In this document: positions 11,941-25,109 of the stretch, piece after piece
Layout of the letters: every line of letters starts with the position of its first letter
Numbering within the stretch: position 1 is the first letter of the stretch
Source: Octopus sinensis
Lineage: Eukaryota
Direction: 5' to 3'
NCBI RefSeq assembly: GCF_006345805.1
Contig: NC_043006.1
Location: forward strand, 22,692,001-22,756,000
Length of the DNA: 64,000 nt
Translations under genes and position numbers: made by a program
The notes under the pieces: model-generated
What the model saw: the letters and a program-made list of their open reading frames with translations, nothing else
What the model was told of the DNA's origin: nothing
The model's database searches: none

Positions 11941-12821
11941 CTGCAAAAAGAGCATTTGTAAGCATTTATATCATAATCAGCATCATCATAATCATCATCA
12001 TCATCATCACCATCATCATCATCACTACCATCATCATCATCATCATAATTCCCACCATCACCACTATCACACAAATCATCATCATTATCATCATCGTCAA
12101 TTTAATGTCCACTTATCTATACTTGCATGGTTTAGACAAAATTTGTTAAGACAAATTGTCTGGGGGTGGTTGTCCTCTCCGACACCAAACTTCAACTACT
12201 CCCCCTAGTTTTAACGCAATTTCTTGGAAAACTGCACAAAAAAAAAAAAGGACAACTTGTATGACAGTAATCATATTAACTATAGGCACAAGGCCTGAGA
12301 CTTTTGAGGTAGGGGATAAGTTGATTACATCAACCCCAGGTTCTTGGTGCTAATTCCAAAAGGATGAAAGGCTAAATTGACGTTGGCAGAACTTGAACCC
12401 AAAACATAAAGACAAAAGAAATGCTGCTATGTATTTTGTCTGGCACAATAATAATTCTGACAGCTTGCTGCACTTGTATAACAGCAATACCCACTTAAAA
12501 TTTGTACATGATGTCACAACAACGAAACACACAATGGCCTTCTTTTCAGCTTGTTTACCAGATTCACTCAAAAAGCTGTGGTCAGCCTTTAGATAAGGAA
12601 ATACATACTTGCATGTTTCATAGCAATTGCAAAATCACATTTGCCAAAAACTGTAGACATAAGCCAGATTTATTTTAACACCACCCCACCATCCTGAGCG
12701 CTCAACTGGTACAAGTCGACCACAGCAGAGTTTGAACTCAGAATGTAAAGATGCACGATATATTACTAAGCATTTTACCCAGCATGCTAATGATTTTGCT
12801 AGTTCACCACTTTATAAATGA

Positions 12822-13126
12822 CTAGCAGTATCGCCCAGCGTTGCTCGGGTTTCTAAGGGAAATAACTATATAAGCAGTTTTAGTGAGTTACTTCCCTTAT
12901 ATAAACCGAGCAAAAATTGCATTAAAAATGTGGAAAAATGATGGTAAATTTTTTTTTAAATCGTAGACTCATCGTAGACACGCGCTAATACCCAGAAGGG
13001 CTCGATATGAATCACGACTATAAGATACCCACTTTTGGTTAAACTGCACCGCAAAATGTGGGAGTAGTTAGGAATCTAAATCGGAGTAGACAGACTCTCA
13101 CACAACTTCAGTTTTATATATAAAGA
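12822..13126 (-). mobile_element. Non-autonomous Helitron (short form)
   Basis: 5' TCTTTATATATAAAAC, 3' CCCGAGCAACGC(T)GGGCGATACTGCTAG hairpin + CTAG, inserted between A and T. Confidence 0.85.
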
Positions 13127-13489
13127 TAAACATTATTAACATAAATTTTGGACAAAACCAATCACAGAGAGTATTTTGCTTGTGTTCTCAGCAATGATCA
13201 AAGGGTAACTGGTGATACCTTTAATAACAGCTTATTTATTTGCCTAATCCACATGGTATGTTTGTTAAAATAGATATGCAACATACAGAATCCTTACGAG
13301 TCAAGTTTGATCCTATTTCAGCATATATGTCGGCCTGAGAAAGATTGGGAAGTATACTTCCCAACCTCGGGGTTTCAGGTTCATTCACACTGCATGGCAC
13401 TTCAAACAATTGTCTTCTGCTATTGCTCCAGATCAAATCTATTTACAAAACTTTGAGAATGAATTTGGTAGATAGAAATTGAAAGAAGC

Positions 13490-13538
<49 letters not shown>

Positions 13539-13896
13539 TTTATAATTAGGGTTCAGCAAAGATTTGCTTCACCACATACCGAAGTTTAGAAATAGCAGCC
13601 AAAAACCTTAGCTATTTCTTCTACTTTAAAAAGGGACTCCCAGAAAAACCAAAATACTTGAAAACAATCCACACAGGCACCTGTGTGGATGGGGGAGGAG
13701 AAGATAGGAGAGAAGATGAGGACGAGGAGGAGATGGGGAGAAAGAAATGGGAAAGAGGAGGGAGACAGGAGGGAGATGAGGATGAGATGAGGGAGATGAA
13801 ACAGGTGAAGAAGGAGAGGAGATGGGGAGGAGGATATGCTGGTGAAAAAAATTACGTATATGAGACGGCAAAATTTAAAATAAAGATCTGACTTAC

Positions 13897-14001
13897 TGAG
13901 TTATATTTGCCAGAGGTATGAAGATGTCAGGACTTTCCAGTTTGTTGTAGTTCAATTTTAATACTTCTAAACGGGGAAATCGGATATATCGACCTTTCCC
14001 A
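13897..14001 (-). CDS. XRRA1: XRRA1-like exon 6 (GKGRYIRFPRLEVLKLNYNKLESPDIFIPLANIT)
   Basis: TCTTTTTCAG acceptor, GTAAGT donor, 105 nt phase 2-2; matches recalled RFPALETLMLDDNRL. Confidence 0.92.
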
Positions 14002-15043
14002 CTGAAAAAGATAAGGAACATTTTGTAGCATTTTCACTTAACACACACATTCACATACACACGCTCATTTATAATTTATTTAAGGGCCTTTCTTGTATAA
14101 CATATGTGACAATCAGACACACACACACACACACACAGAAATTATGAATTATCTAAGCTGTAAATATTGAACGTTAACAAGAATTGTATAGATTCATCTT
14201 ACATAGTAAATAAAATTTCTCTACCCTGGCAAGAACACTGCTCGTGTGACAGGGACACTTGTTTACAACTATCATATGATGTCAAGATGGGGAGTCACTA
14301 ACACATACATACACATGCACACACACACACACACACACAATGTTTTCAAATTTTGGCACAAGGCCAGCAATGTTAGGGGAGGGTAAGTCGACTACATGAA
14401 CCCCAGTGTTCAACTGGTACTTATTTTATCGAAAGGTGGCGAGCTGGCAGAAACGTTAGCACGCCAGGCGAAATGCATAGCTGTATTTCGTCTGCCGTTA
14501 CGTTCTGAGTTCAAATTCCGCTGAGGTCGACTTTGCCTTTCGTCCTTTCGGAGTCGATAAATTAAGGACCAGTTACGCACTGGGGTTGATTTAATCGACT
14601 TAATCCATCTGTCTGTCCTTGTTTGTCTCTTCTGTGTTTAGCCCCTTGTGAGTAGTAAAGAAATAGGTACTATTTTATCGACTCTGAAAGGACGAAAAGT
14701 AAAGTTGATCTTGGCAGGATTTGAACTCAGAACTTAAAGATGGACAAAATGTCACTAAGCATTTTGCCCAGCATGCTAACAATTCTGTTAGCTCAACACC
14801 TTATGTACAAACATAATGAGAGGAAGAATAGCCTCTGCTGCACCTTCAGTAGATACATTACATCCCACCTAGAAGGATATGCCTTTGCTATCGAGGAACA
14901 TGAGATAGCTACCAAATACTTGATAAACAAGAGAGACAACTATACCACCAAACTTGCATGCTGTGAATAAATATGTCAGCTCTGCTATTCCAGTATGCTT
15001 CACCACCTCATCATCAGCACCTTCATCAGCAGCAGCTACCCCA

Positions 15044-15419
15044 GTGGAGGCGCAATGGCCCAGTGGTTAGGGCAGCAGACTCGCAGTCAGAGGATCGCGG
15101 TTTCGATTCCCAGACCGGGCGTTGTGTGTGTTTATTGAGCGAAAACACCTAAAGCTCCACGAGGCTCCGGCAGGGGGTGGTGGCGAACCCTGTTGTACTC
15201 TTTCACTCCAACTTTCTCTCACTCTTTCTTCCTGTTTCTTATCCCCGACTTCCTATGCAACCGCTGAGCCTAGATGCGCATTCATCCATCCGTCAATGCT
15301 CTCAGTGTCAGGGGTTGACCTGCTTTTTCTTCTGCAGGTTTTACAAATAGCAAAGGACCACGTTTCGGACTTCTCCCACTCTGGGACGAAGACCACTTCA
15401 CTCAACAAAAAAACAAACA
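15044..15419 (+). mobile_element. SINE family D (tRNA-derived); older copy at ~9350-9685
   Basis: A box GGCCCAGTGGTTAG, B box GGTTTCGATTCC; 13-bp TSD AGCAGCTACCCCA at 15031-15043 and 15420-15432. Confidence 0.85.
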
Positions 15420-15479
15420 AGCAGCTACCCCAAAATGTCTACAAGATACTACTTGCCCCTGAGGTATGATACAGTTGCA

Positions 15480-15636
15480 AAGACTATTTTACAATGTTAT
15501 CCATAGGAAAGATTACCCTGGTATGTAAAGGCATGTCAGAACCAGCGGGTATTCACACCAGGCATGCACACATGCATGCATGCATATATGCATCCATCCA
15601 TCCATACATACATACATACATACATACATACATACA

Positions 15637-15668
<32 letters not shown>

Positions 15669-16019
15669 CATACATACATGATGATGGCCGTCCACTCGTG
15701 ACCGAGGAAGACCATTGCCGACCTTCAGGAACATTGTGTGCTCTAGCCCTGCTCTTGACAAGCATACACGACTGCAAACATTGCAGACCAAGCTTTCCCC
15801 ATTCGCTATACGAGCCGTGCGCTTTCGCGCAGCTCGCTTAAGTTCTTCATGCTGGATAAGTGCTCTCTCAAAAGAGTCGATCCCTTCCTTAACCTGCTTC
15901 CTCCATCTGTGCCATGCATGCGTGAGTGTGTGCATGCCTGGTGTGAATACCCGCTGGTTGTGACATGCCTTTACGTATCAGGGTAATCTTTCCTATGGAT
16001 AGCATTGTAAAATAGTCTT
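15480..16019. mobile_element. Fold-back/MITE-like element with ~105-bp terminal inverted repeats enclosing the RTE fragment
   Basis: 15480-15585 is the near-perfect reverse complement of 15915-16019 (AAGACTATTTTACAATG...CAGGCATGCACAC). Confidence 0.8.
15675..15915 (-). mobile_element. RTE LINE 3' end with (TGTA)n tail
   Basis: WRKQVKEG...CNVCSRVCLSRAGL zinc-finger-like end and GGACGGCCATCATC terminus. Confidence 0.8.
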
Positions 16020-16079
16020 CTTTTTTCTTTTTTCTATATATATCTATCTTATTTTTAGTATATATTTTCTTCATTTTTA

Positions 16080-16134
<55 letters not shown>

Positions 16135-16439
16135 TATTCGGAAGTCCTGCGGCGATGGGAAGGTGGTGAAGCATGCAGACTTGACGGGTTGGAAGCATGT
16201 AGTCAGCGACCTGCACGTAGGCGACCCATGCTAGATATAAAGTCGTCTCCTTATCGCCCAAGACAGCGGTAGGATTCAGTTGCTGCTGCTGCTGCTGCTG
16301 CTACATACATACATGCATCCATACATACATACATACATACATACATACATACACACACACATACATACATACATACATACATACATATGGGACAGGGAAC
16401 AAAGTCATGCACTGTTGTAGAGGAGAGGTTAGCTGCCCA

Positions 16440-16610
16440 GCACACGTGAATGTGCAGTTTAAAGTCCAAGAAAAAGAGAACATTTATGGCATATTAAAGC
16501 AGAACTTACAGCTCGTGTACCCTGGCTATGAATTCTCATTTGTACCCATCATCATAGATGCAGTAGGCTATGTGCCACTTAGTTTCACAAAAAAAGAGCA
16601 AAGGAAACTG
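16440..16610 (+). mobile_element. Remnant of an RLE-type LINE C-terminus
   Basis: YPGYEFSFVPIIIDAVGYVP in ORF 16407-16724. Confidence 0.45.
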
Positions 16611-16625
16611 ATGTGGATTCTCCAA

Positions 16626-17078
16626 ATCCAATCTTTTATTTCCTTGTTTCAGTCATTTGACTGCAGCCATACTGGAGCACCGCCTTTAGTCGAGCAAATC
16701 AAACCCAGGACTTATTCTTTGTAAGCCTAGTACTTATTCTATTGGTCTTTTCTGCTGAACTGCTAAGTTACAGAGACATAAACACACCAGCATTGGTTGT
16801 CAAGCGATGTTGGGGGGGACAAACACAGACACACAAGCATACAGCATGGCCGCGGCCTTCGGGCTAAAACATTTTTAAGGATTTTAAGGATTTATACATA
16901 TACATACATATATACAATCGGCTTCTTTCAGTTTTCGTCTACCAGATCCACTCACAAGGCTTTGGTCGGCCCGAGGCTATAGTAGGAGACACTTGCCCAA
17001 GGTGCCATGCAGTGGAACTGAACCCGGAACCATGTGGTTGGTAAGCAAGCTACTTACCACACAGCCACTCCTGCGCCT
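16626..17078 (-). mobile_element. SINE family A (tRNA head, CORE-like GGGCAAGTGTCTT block, central TA/TG microsatellite, ...GACTGAAACAAGTAAAAGAG tail); representative copy
   Basis: Further copies at ~5432-5578, 13355-13500(+), 17360-17500, 22420-22845, 26985-27590, 27990-28370, 30535-30885, 37065-37510(+), 37520-37655, 47815-49775 (split), 55950-57000 (split), 60110-60480, 61100-61462. Confidence 0.9.
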
Positions 17079-17632
17079 AATCTGTTAATGGCACAGTGAA
17101 GATTTGTAAGACATTCCAAAATTGCTCCATGTGAGATGCAGATACTTTGGTGTATGCATCAACAGTTCAACCAACACACTAACTCAAACACACATTCACA
17201 AACACCGGGGACTCTCTTTACTCAAAAAGTCTTGTCACTTTGTTAGTGACTAGCTTGAACTCTCTGAAGCAGAACTTAAATTAAACTCAAAGAAAAGTCA
17301 TACATGCATGCATCCATCCATCCATCAATCCATCCATCCATACATCCATCCATACATACATACATACATGCTTCTTCCAGTTCCATCCACTGAAATCCAC
17401 TCACAAGACTTTGGTCAATTTGGAGATATAGTAAGTGACACCTGACCTCTAAGCCACATGGCTAGAAGCATACTTCTCAACTACACAGCCCCACCTGCAC
17501 CTGTGTCTGTATTTAAAAAGAAATGTATTAATATTTCTTCCAGTTACTGGTTATTGATTCTAATATGATAGTGTTGAGTGCATAAGAAATGAATTTCAAG
17601 TGGTAAAAGTTGAATGGCGCCAGAATGCTAAC

Positions 17633-17778
17633 CTTTCTGACAATGAGAAACATTGCGTGGAGTCTGCTGGCAGGTATGATATGTCGTTGTTTCCTAAATT
17701 TAGGTACTGTAGATTTGGCATCAATCCTAAACTTTTGAAACAATCTCCTGTTAGGTTATTGTAAGAAAGATCAAGATA
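17633..17778 (-). CDS. XRRA1: XRRA1-like exon 5 (YLDLSYNNLTGDCFKSLGLMPNLQYLNLGNNDISYLP)
   Basis: TTTTTTTCAG acceptor, GTTAGC donor, 146 nt phase 0-2, two LRRs. Confidence 0.93.
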
Positions 17779-17806
17779 CTGAAAAAAACAAAAAACAAAA
17801 AAAAAC

Positions 17807-17837
<31 letters not shown>

Positions 17838-18047
17838 GTTTTGAATTTTGACGCAAGGTCAGATATTTTGAGGGAGGGGTAAGTCAATTACATTGATCCC
17901 AGTGTTCAAATGGTACTTAATTTATCAACCCCGAAAGGATGAAAGGCAAAGTCAACCTTGGCAGAATTTGAACTCAAAACTTAAAAATAGATGAAATGCC
18001 ACTAACCATTTTGCCCAGTATGCTAACAATTCTGCCAGCTCACCGTC

Positions 18048-18049
<2 letters not shown>

Positions 18050-18080
<31 letters not shown>

Positions 18081-18099
18081 TAACAATAATAATAATAAT

Positions 18100-18162
<63 letters not shown>

Positions 18163-18170
18163 TAATAATA

Positions 18171-18224
<54 letters not shown>
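18050..18224. repeat. (AAT)n microsatellite (others at 17810-17835, 22107-22125, 23270-23300, 51850-51937)
   Basis: Direct reading. Confidence 0.98.
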
Positions 18225-18225
<1 letters not shown>

Positions 18226-18226
<1 letters not shown>

Positions 18227-21200
18227 TTATCGTAGCACCAAAATGTTTTTGGAAACTAAAAGGAAAACTAAATCAGTATACCAAATCGCTTGTCCTATGG
18301 TTAATTTGGAATCGCGTCCCCCAGGGAAGAGCCAGCCTGGGATCGAAAAGTCATCAACTGGCACAAACTCTTCTCCGAATACGGACATGGATGGTCACTT
18401 GAACGGGAAATCCCCCAACTCGAGCCCTCCAAGTTCACCACCACAACCACCACAGAAAGAAAAATGTAAGCGGAACAAATGGACCCAAGAAGAGTATAAA
18501 GAAGTAATATACGCTTATTACTATGCATTAGGTAGGCCATCTCAAGAGAGACACACCGCAAACTCTTACAGTATATGGAGAACACGGAATCAAGACAGTA
18601 GGCCCTATTTGGACGAGAACAAATTAGCAAATGTGAGGAGGGATATCCTTAGAAATAACAGACTCACAGACAGTGAAATAAGCGCGATCAAGCACGCAAC
18701 GGAAAATGACATAAATATAAGACACAAAGGAAATGAAGAATCAGATGAACAGTATAGCCCGCCACGAGGCTTAATTGAAAGACTGCCATCTGACCAAAAT
18801 ACGCAAAGGCTTGAAGATACAAGAAATTCTATTGTACCTGTTAAAGATAGCCAGGAAAACGAAAAAACAATAGTAACTGAAGATCTCGCATTTGCTGAAG
18901 AACACAGAGAGTCTATGGCAGAAATGAGGCAGAAAATCCTGAATACGCTTAAAGTTGTAAGACATACAAGTATGAATGATAGAGAACCACTTCATAAACT
19001 CTCAAATACAAACCAAAATAAAAAACAAATCCAAATTGGCAACTATGTAACAAATGAAATAATACGAGAATTAAAACCTGATTTTACTGAGTTAAATGAA
19101 ATTATTTACGCTTCTGCTAGGGCAATTGAAACCAGCTGTATGCCCCCGAAAAAACAAAGAAAACAAAACCTGGGAAGAAATCAAACCTGGAGAAGTAAAA
19201 TTGAAAAAGAGATTGAATTTATGAGAGGGGAAATATCAATATTAAATGAACTAATATGTGGAAATGATGTAAGATCCAGAACAGGAAGAAAGATGAAGAG
19301 AAAATTTGGATCCTCACCAAGAGAAGAACTGATATCAATAAAAGAAATGCTGAAACAAAAAGTCCAAGCAAAAGCCCAAAGAATACGAAGATTTGAGAAG
19401 AGAAACAAGTTTTACAAGCAAAATAAGCTGTTCACATCCAATGCCAAAAAATTCTACAGAGAAATAGGGAAGGAGAAAGTAACCGTTAAAGACCTCCCTC
19501 CCATGGAAGAAGTTCAAAACTTTTGGAAAAGGATTTGGAGTGACAAGAAGACGTACAACATAAATGCAGACTGGATTATACAAACTGAAGGATCCTACCA
19601 AAATTTACAACAACAAGCATGGGAAGACATCACAATAGCAGACCTAAGAAAGGCACTCACGAAGGCCCATAATTGGAAATCCCCCGGTAAAGATAGGGTG
19701 CCGAATTTCTGGCTCGCATCGCTCTCATGCGCACACGGTAAGCTAGTTCAGCTGCTCAATGGAATTATGAGAGACCCAAAGAAAACACCTGAATGGTTAG
19801 CAAGTGGCATTACTTACCTACTCCCAAAGAATAACGAAACCAACCTTCCAAAAAACTATCGGCCTATAACCTGTCTATCCACCACGTATAAAATCCTAAC
19901 ATCTATCCTGGCGAAGAAAACATATGCATTCATGGAGAAGAACGATATTTTCCCCATTGAACAAAAAGGGTGCCGCCGAGGCTCTTACGGATGCAAAGAT
20001 CAACTGTTAATCAATCGTATGATCCTTGAGAACTGTCACAACAAGCGCAGAAATCTCAGCACCGCATGGATTGACTATAAAAAGGCCTTCGACAGTATAC
20101 CGCATCCATGGATCTTGAGATCGCTGGACATCTTCAAAATTTCCCCTGTGATTTCAAACTTCCTGAAGCACAATATGTCGTTGTGGAATACGAATCTCCA
20201 ATTATACCAGTCTAATGGAGTACTTGCCTCAGAAAATATAAACATCAACTGTGGAATTTTTCAAGGTGACTTACTTTCACCTTTAATATTCTGCATAGCC
20301 CTAATACCCCTTACAAGTGAATTAAACAGAACAGGGTATGGGTATAAAATTGCCAATAAAAAAATAAGCCATCTATTTTATATGGATGACTTAAAACTTT
20401 ATGGTAAAGACAATAATGAACTTGAAGGCCTATTGCGCACCGTGAAAGCATTCAGCGATGACATCGGAATGGAATTTGGACTTGAGAAGTGTGCCAAGGC
20501 CACTTTCCAGAAAGGGAAAGTGAAGACCACAAATTCAGTCGTGTTAGATGTTGACACAGTCATAAGAGAGCTTGAGCAAGAACAAACATACAAATATTTA
20601 GGGATAAATGAAGGCTCTGGTATTCAGCATGCAAGCATGAAAGAGAAGATCAGGAAGGAATGTTATAGGAGAGTTCGTGCTGAAATCTGAACTAAATGCA
20701 CGTAACAAGGTGTTAGCTATAAATTCCTTAGTAGTTCCAGTTGTTACTTATAGCTACAATGTGTTGAACTGGAATATGAGTGAAGTAAAGAATATAGATA
20801 GGAAAATACGCAAGCTGCTGAGTTGTAATAGGATGCACCACCCAAAGGCAGACGTAGATCGCCTTTACCTTCCCAGAGCCCAAGGAGGTCGAGGCCTGAT
20901 CCAATTTGAACTAGCTTACAAAACAACCACAATTGGACTGGCCAAATATCTCGAAATAACGAATGACTGGATGCTAAAGCTCGTGGAAAATCACGAGAGA
21001 CGAAAGAAGCTTCATTCTATCATAAAGGAAAGCAAAAAGTTTGCTATTGATCTCGTGCAGGATACCCAAACTGAACAACCCGAGGGAAGTACGGCAACTA
21101 TTGTTGCAAAGAAGGTGAAAATGATGGCAAGGAAAAAAGCACATGAGCAATTGGCTGATAGGTGGGAGGAGAAACCTCTGCACGGCAAATATGTGACCCG

Positions 21201-22106
21201 CAGCAAACAAGCTGATGTTGACCAGAAGCAAACCCATCAGTGGCTACGGAGCTCAGGGCTAAAAGCAGAGAGCGAAGGTTTCATCCTGGCTGCTCAAGAT
21301 CAAAGACTATTAACCCGGAACTACCAGGCCAATGTGATGAAAAATGGAGCAGACCCAAAATGCCGATTCTGCACGACATGATTGAAACAGTGGACCACCT
21401 AATCTCTGGATGTAAAGTCTTAGCACCAGTGGAGTATAAATTAAGACATGACAGAGTTGGCCAATATCTCCACTGGCTAATAAGTCGGCATTACAATATC
21501 AAAACTGCCGACAAGTGGTATAATCACCACCCTGAGGCTGTAACTGAAGGAGAAAATGTAACCATTCTGTGGGACTTTCCAGTACATACAGACCGAACCA
21601 TCAAGGCCAATAAACCAGATATTGTTGTGAAAGACCAAAACAATAAAGTTTGCTTATTGATCGACATGAGCATCCCCTGTGATCATAATATCTCAGCGAA
21701 AGAGTTTGACAAGCTCAGAAAATATAAAGACCTACTCATTGAAATTGAGAAAATGTGGCATCTCAAGGCGGTTACAATACCAGTGATCGTAGGAGCACTA
21801 GGAATGATCAAGAAGGGAGCCGAAAATTATATGAGAATGATCCCTGGCTTACCATCCCTGCAAGAAGTGCAAAAGATTGTCTTAACTGGTACATCACACG
21901 TATTGAGAAGAGCATTGTCGATGTGAGAACTGTTGCTGCTCATGTATTTTAATTTAACTTAAAAAAAAAAAATTTTTTTTAAAAATGAACAAACTATTGA
22001 GTTTGGTTTAATGGCCTACCAATGTTACTATGAGTTTCTTTGCCCTAGGAGTCGGGAAGACACTCGGCAAGAAATGGAAGCAAATTTGAAAGAAGAAAAA
22101 AAAAGT
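18226..22106 (+). mobile_element. R4/Dong-type non-LTR retrotransposon (RT + CCHC + restriction-like endonuclease), near full length, two frameshifts
   Basis: ORFs 18243-20690, 20677-21381 and 21240-21926: Myb-like KWTQEE, RT (DYKKAFDS, GIFQGDLLSP, YMDD), CRFC...HLISGC, RHD, KPDIV...D...P. Flanked on both sides by (TAA)n. Confidence 0.92.
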
Positions 22107-22648
22107 AATAATAATAATAATAATAATGATGATGATTTCAAATTTTGGCACAAGGCCAACAATTTCAGGGGGGGGGGTGATATGATAGGCCAGTTTCAAC
22201 AACCCCAGTACTCAACTTTTTATCAACCCTGAAAGTATGACTGGTAAAGTCAACCTTGGCAAAATTTGAACTCAGAACATGGAGATGGACAAAATGTCGT
22301 TTAGCATTTTGGCTGGTGTGCTAAGAATTCTGCCATCTTGCAACCTTAAACACCTTGTGCTGCATACTAACAATTCTGCCAGTTTACTGCGTAATAATAA
22401 TAATAATACTTTCTACTATCCCTTTTTACTCTTTTACTTGTCTCAGTCATTTGACTGCAGCCATGCTGGAGCACCGCCTTTAGTCAAGCAAATCGACCCC
22501 GGGACTTATTCTTTGTAAGCCCAGTACTTATTCTATCGGTCTTTTTTGCCGAACCGCTAAGTGACGGCGACGTAAACACACCAGAATCGGTTGTCAAGCA
22601 ATGCTAGGGGGGACAAACACAGACACACAATCATATACACACACATAC

Positions 22649-22679
<31 letters not shown>

Positions 22680-23269
22680 CGACAGGCTTCTTTCAGTTTC
22701 CGTCTACCAAATCCACTCACAAGGCTTTGGTCGGCCCGAGGCTATAGTAGAAGACACTTGCCTAAGGTGTCACGCAGTGGGACTGAACCCGGAACCATGT
22801 GGTTAGTAAGCAAGCTACTTACCACACAGCCACTCCTGCGCCTATAGGCACAAGACCTGAAATTTTGGGGGAGGGGACTAGTCAATTACATCAACCCTGT
22901 TTCACTGGTACGTAATTTATCAACCCTGAAAGAATGGAAGGCAAAGTTGACCAAGGCAGAATTTGAACTCATAACATAGTGGCATACAAAATACTGCTAA
23001 GCATTTTGTCCAGTATGCTAACGATTCTGCCAGCTTACCACCTTAATAATAATAGTCCTTTCTACTATAGGCACAAGGCCTGAAATTTGGGGGAGGGTTA
23101 AGTCGATTACATTGACCCCCCAGTACTCAACTGGTACTTAATTTATTGATCCTTAAAGGATGAAAGGTAGAGTCGACCTTGGCGGAGTTTGAACTCAGAA
23201 CGTAGTGACAGGTGAAATACTGCTAAGCATTTTGTCCAGCATCTTAATGATTCTGCCAACTTACCGCCC

Positions 23270-23300
<31 letters not shown>

Positions 23301-25109
23301 CAATTCTTTTTATTGGCCACAAGGACTGACAAATATGATTAGAAAACATAAAGGGACAAAACAGGACGAAAGGTTACAAAGGGTTTTGTCCGTTTGTGAA
23401 AAAAATCGTGTAAAAACAGTAATAAAACAATAATAATCATCATCATCATCATCATCATCATTTAGCGTCCGTTTTCCATGCTAGCAAGGGTTGGACGGTT
23501 TAACTGGGGTCTGTGAAGCCAGAAGGCTTCATCAGGCCCAGTCAGATTTGGCAGTGTTTCTACGGCTGGATGCCCTTCCTAACGCCAAATAATAATAATA
23601 ATAATAATAATAATATCAGGAACTTTTTAATAATTAGCAATGACTTTAGTTTTCTTTGCTGCCAGTCATGTTCTTATAATAATGATAATAAATAATAATA
23701 ATCCCTTCTACTATAAGCACAAGGCCTAGAATTAGAGGGGAGAGAGACAGTCATCATATCGACCCCAGTACTTGACTCGTACTTAATTTATCAGCCCCGA
23801 AAGAATAAAAAGCACGGTTGACCTTGGCAGAATTTGAACACGAAATGTAAAGATGGACAAAATGCTGCTCAACATCTTGTCTGGTACTGTAACAATTCAG
23901 CTAGCTTGTCACATTCATATTAATAATGATCTTCAGCTCTATTACTTTATATTTCTTTATATATTTCTTTACTACCCACAAGGGGCTAAACATAGAGGGG
24001 ACAAACAAGGACAGACAAATGGATTAAGTCAATTACATCAACCCAGTGCGAAACTGGTACTTTATTTATCGACCCTGAGAGGATGACAGGCAAAGTCGAC
24101 CTCGGCGGAATTTGAACTCAGAACGTAACGACAGACGAAATACGGCTACGCATTTCGCCCGGCTCGCTAACGTTTCTGCCAGTTCGCCGCCTTTATAAGT
24201 TCTATCACTTTATAGTAATGCTTTTTAATAGGAATAATAGTCACCAGATTGGCAAAATTGTTTAGAGCATTCTAAGTTCTAATCCCGCCAAAGCCAAATT
24301 AGCCTTTCCTCTTTTCTGATGAAATAAAGTACCAGTGAAGTACAAGGGTTAGTATTATTTCTGATTTTAAGTCCATATTAGAAATTATCATTATTATTAT
24401 TATTGGCAAAAAGGCGGCGAGCTGGCTGAATCGCTAGCACGCCAGGTGAAATGCTTAGTGGCATTTTGTCTGTCTTTACGTTCTGAGTTCAAATTCCGCC
24501 AAGATCAACTTTGCCGTTCATCCTTTTGGGGTCAATAAATTAAGTACCAATTACATACTGGGGTCAATCTAATCAACTGGTCCCCACCCACCAAATTTGT
24601 GCCTATGGTAAAGAGGATTATCATTATTCGCAAAATTGTGAGAATGCCAGAAAAAATACCTTATGGCATTTCTTCTGGCTCTTTACAATCTGAGTTCAAA
24701 TCCCAGAGTGGTCAACTTTGCCTTTTATTCCTTTCAGGAATAGATATAATTGATTAAGCTCTCTGCAAAAAATTTCTAGCCTTGTGCCTATGTTAGAAAT
24801 TACTACTGTTGTTATTATTACTATTTGATTCAACTCATTACTGTACTTGAGAAGACCCACCCACCACAACAGAACTGAGATCCTAAAACCAAGGTACCAC
24901 GTAAAAAGCACCTATGATGATACCACATAAAAAGCACCCAGTACACTCTGTGGAGTGGTTGGCATTAAGAAGGGCATCCACCCATAGAAACCAAGCCAAA
25001 ACAGACCATGGAACTTGGTGCAGCCCTTGGCCTTACCAGTTCCTGTCAAACCATCCAACCCATGCCAGCATGGAAAATGGACATTAAATGATGATGACGA
25101 TGATGATGA

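Noticed and set aside
15044-15120. tRNA gene candidates (also SINE A and B heads)
   Set aside because: They continue into SINE bodies with tails and TSDs; no complete cloverleaf.
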